A stretch of DNA of 64,000 nt from Octopus sinensis (Eukaryota). The position numbers and the translations under genes are program-made. The notes under the pieces were generated by a model. That model was not told the DNA's origin. It saw only the letters and a list, made by a program, of their open reading frames with translations, and ran no database searches. Numbering within the stretch: position 1 is the first letter of the stretch; every line of letters begins with the position of its first letter. The stretch lies in contig NC_043013.1 in assembly GCF_006345805.1 (NCBI RefSeq), positions 7,006,001 to 7,070,000 of the forward strand, in the 5' to 3' direction. This document shows positions 62,563 to 64,000 of this stretch, in pieces.

Positions 62563-62961
62563 TACATTATTTACATTATTTACATTTGACGGATATTTCT
62601 CCTCATCTTGTTTGTTGTTAACACATTTCGGCTGATATACCCTCCAGCCTTCATCAGGTATCTTGGGGAAAATTCGAACCTGGGTTCTCATTCCTAAGGT
62701 ATTTTTCCATGCCATTATGCCCACGGGCATATGGCGTCGTGATTAAGAGCGCGGGCAACTAACCTCAAGATTCAGAGTTCGAGTCCAGGGAGTGACCTGA
62801 ATAATAATAACATCGAAAAATACCTTAGGAATGAGAACCCAGGTTCGAAATTTCCCCAAGACACCTGATGAAGGCTGGAGGGTATATCAGCCGAAACGTT
62901 GTGTTAACAACAAACAAGACGACGACAAATATCCGTCAAATGTAAATAATGTAAATAATGT
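62563..62961 (+). mobile_element. tRNA-headed retroposon with Penelope-type tail and an upstream inverted copy of that tail
   Basis: 62563-62718 is the reverse complement of 62804-62961. Spacer 62719-62803 is tRNA-like (A-box-like tggcgtcgtgatt 62732-62744, B-box gagttcgagtcc 62775-62786). Confidence 0.8.
62860..62905 (+). ncRNA. Minimal type I hammerhead ribozyme motif
   Basis: GACAC-CUGAUGA-A-GGCUG-GAGGGUAUAU-CAGCC-GAAA-C-GUU^GUGUU. Stem I GACAC/GUGUU, stem II GGCUG/CAGCC, loopless palindromic ACGU stem III. Predicted cleavage after 62900. Confidence 0.7.
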
Positions 62962-63647
62962 AAGAAATCCTCAGTAGATATGGTGGTATATTTTACACGA
63001 CACTCAGCTGTTCATACACAGTTTTCGAAAGTGTAATTAATTCTACAACAATCAATATTTTAACAATTAGAATCCACATATGACAACCCAGAGAAAACCC
63101 TTACGATTCAGTAAGTATTCCTAGAAGTTAACCGAGCCCCTTTCAAAGTAGCAGGGCACTTGGTCCCTAATATCAAGACTTCAGTAACTAATGCTCCTAT
63201 TCTTAAACAGCGATTCCAAACACATCACGATGATAATGATCACATGCAAATTCCGATGATGAGCCAATTAGAAATACTAGCCAACTTCCTTCGAGTCATA
63301 TGATACCATATTAAAAAAGGAAACACATTCAGCAATGAAATAATTGCTACGACATTAAACCATATAGACGAACTGGTCATCTCTGGAGCGTCAGAGATAA
63401 ACGAAAACAATTGCTGTGATCAGAGGAAATAATTTTGTTGGAGTCATCCGCAACAGGACTTTCTGAGATTTTCTTTTTTTTTTTTTTTGACTAATGATAA
63501 AAAGTCATTGTGCAAATATTGTTATTTTGACGAATTATCAATTGCGTGATCATTTCATTGAAATAGGTAAAAAATATCCTGCACCAACAACATTGAGATC
63601 TATAAATAGTAGCGAAAACGTTTAGTTTGGTATACAACAAGAGATAT

Positions 63648-64000
63648 TCTTTTCTACTCTAGGCACAAGGCAGGAAATTTTGGGGGAGGGGCCAGTCGAT
63701 TAGATCGATCCTAGTACGCTACTGGTACTTAATTTATCGACCCCGAAAAGATGAAAGGTAAAGTCGACCTCGAAGGAATTTGAACTCAGAACGTAAAGAC
63801 AGACGAAATACCTATTTCTTTACTACTCACAAGGGGCTAAACACAGAGAGGACAAACAAGGACAGACAAACGGATTAAGTCGATTATATCGACCCCAGTG
63901 TGTAACTGGTACTTATTTAATCGACCCCGAAAGGATGAAAGGCAAAGTCAACCTCGGCGGAATTTGAACTCAGAACGTAGCGGCAGACGAAATACCCATT
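63648..64000 (-). mobile_element. SINE A multimer (A1 unit joined to a unit with A2 tail), truncated by the window end
   Basis: Junction gaaatacc|tatttcttt at 63812. Confidence 0.8.

Overview
AT-rich, microsatellite- and retroposon-dense eukaryotic genomic DNA. The SINE families and repeat landscape suggest a coleoid cephalopod, probably Octopus (inference). One protein-coding gene is supported: an intact minus-strand carnosine synthase 1 (CARNS1/ATPGD1-like) ATP-grasp ligase. It has 8 coding exons (24050 to 4028; 2814 nt, 937 aa plus stop) with phase-compatible GT-AG junctions, and a probable TATA-driven non-coding first exon near 37765-37905. The rest is repeats: at least 4-5 tRNA-derived SINE families (some concatemeric or chimeric), a ~555-bp element embedded in (ATT)n arrays, relics of R4/Dong-, Tx1/L1-, CR1/L2-, RTE-, CRE- and Penelope-type retroelements, pogo and Merlin-type transposase relics, MITE/Helitron-like pieces, and several long foldback palindromes. 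The most unusual signal is a set of minimal type I hammerhead-ribozyme motifs in Penelope-like terminal repeats. The best of these lies in a tRNA-headed (Pol III-type) element with an inverted copy of its own tail (62563-62961), a candidate ribozyme-bearing SINE/retrozyme mobilised by Penelope machinery. Repeat boundaries are approximate and family names come from motif recognition, not database searches.
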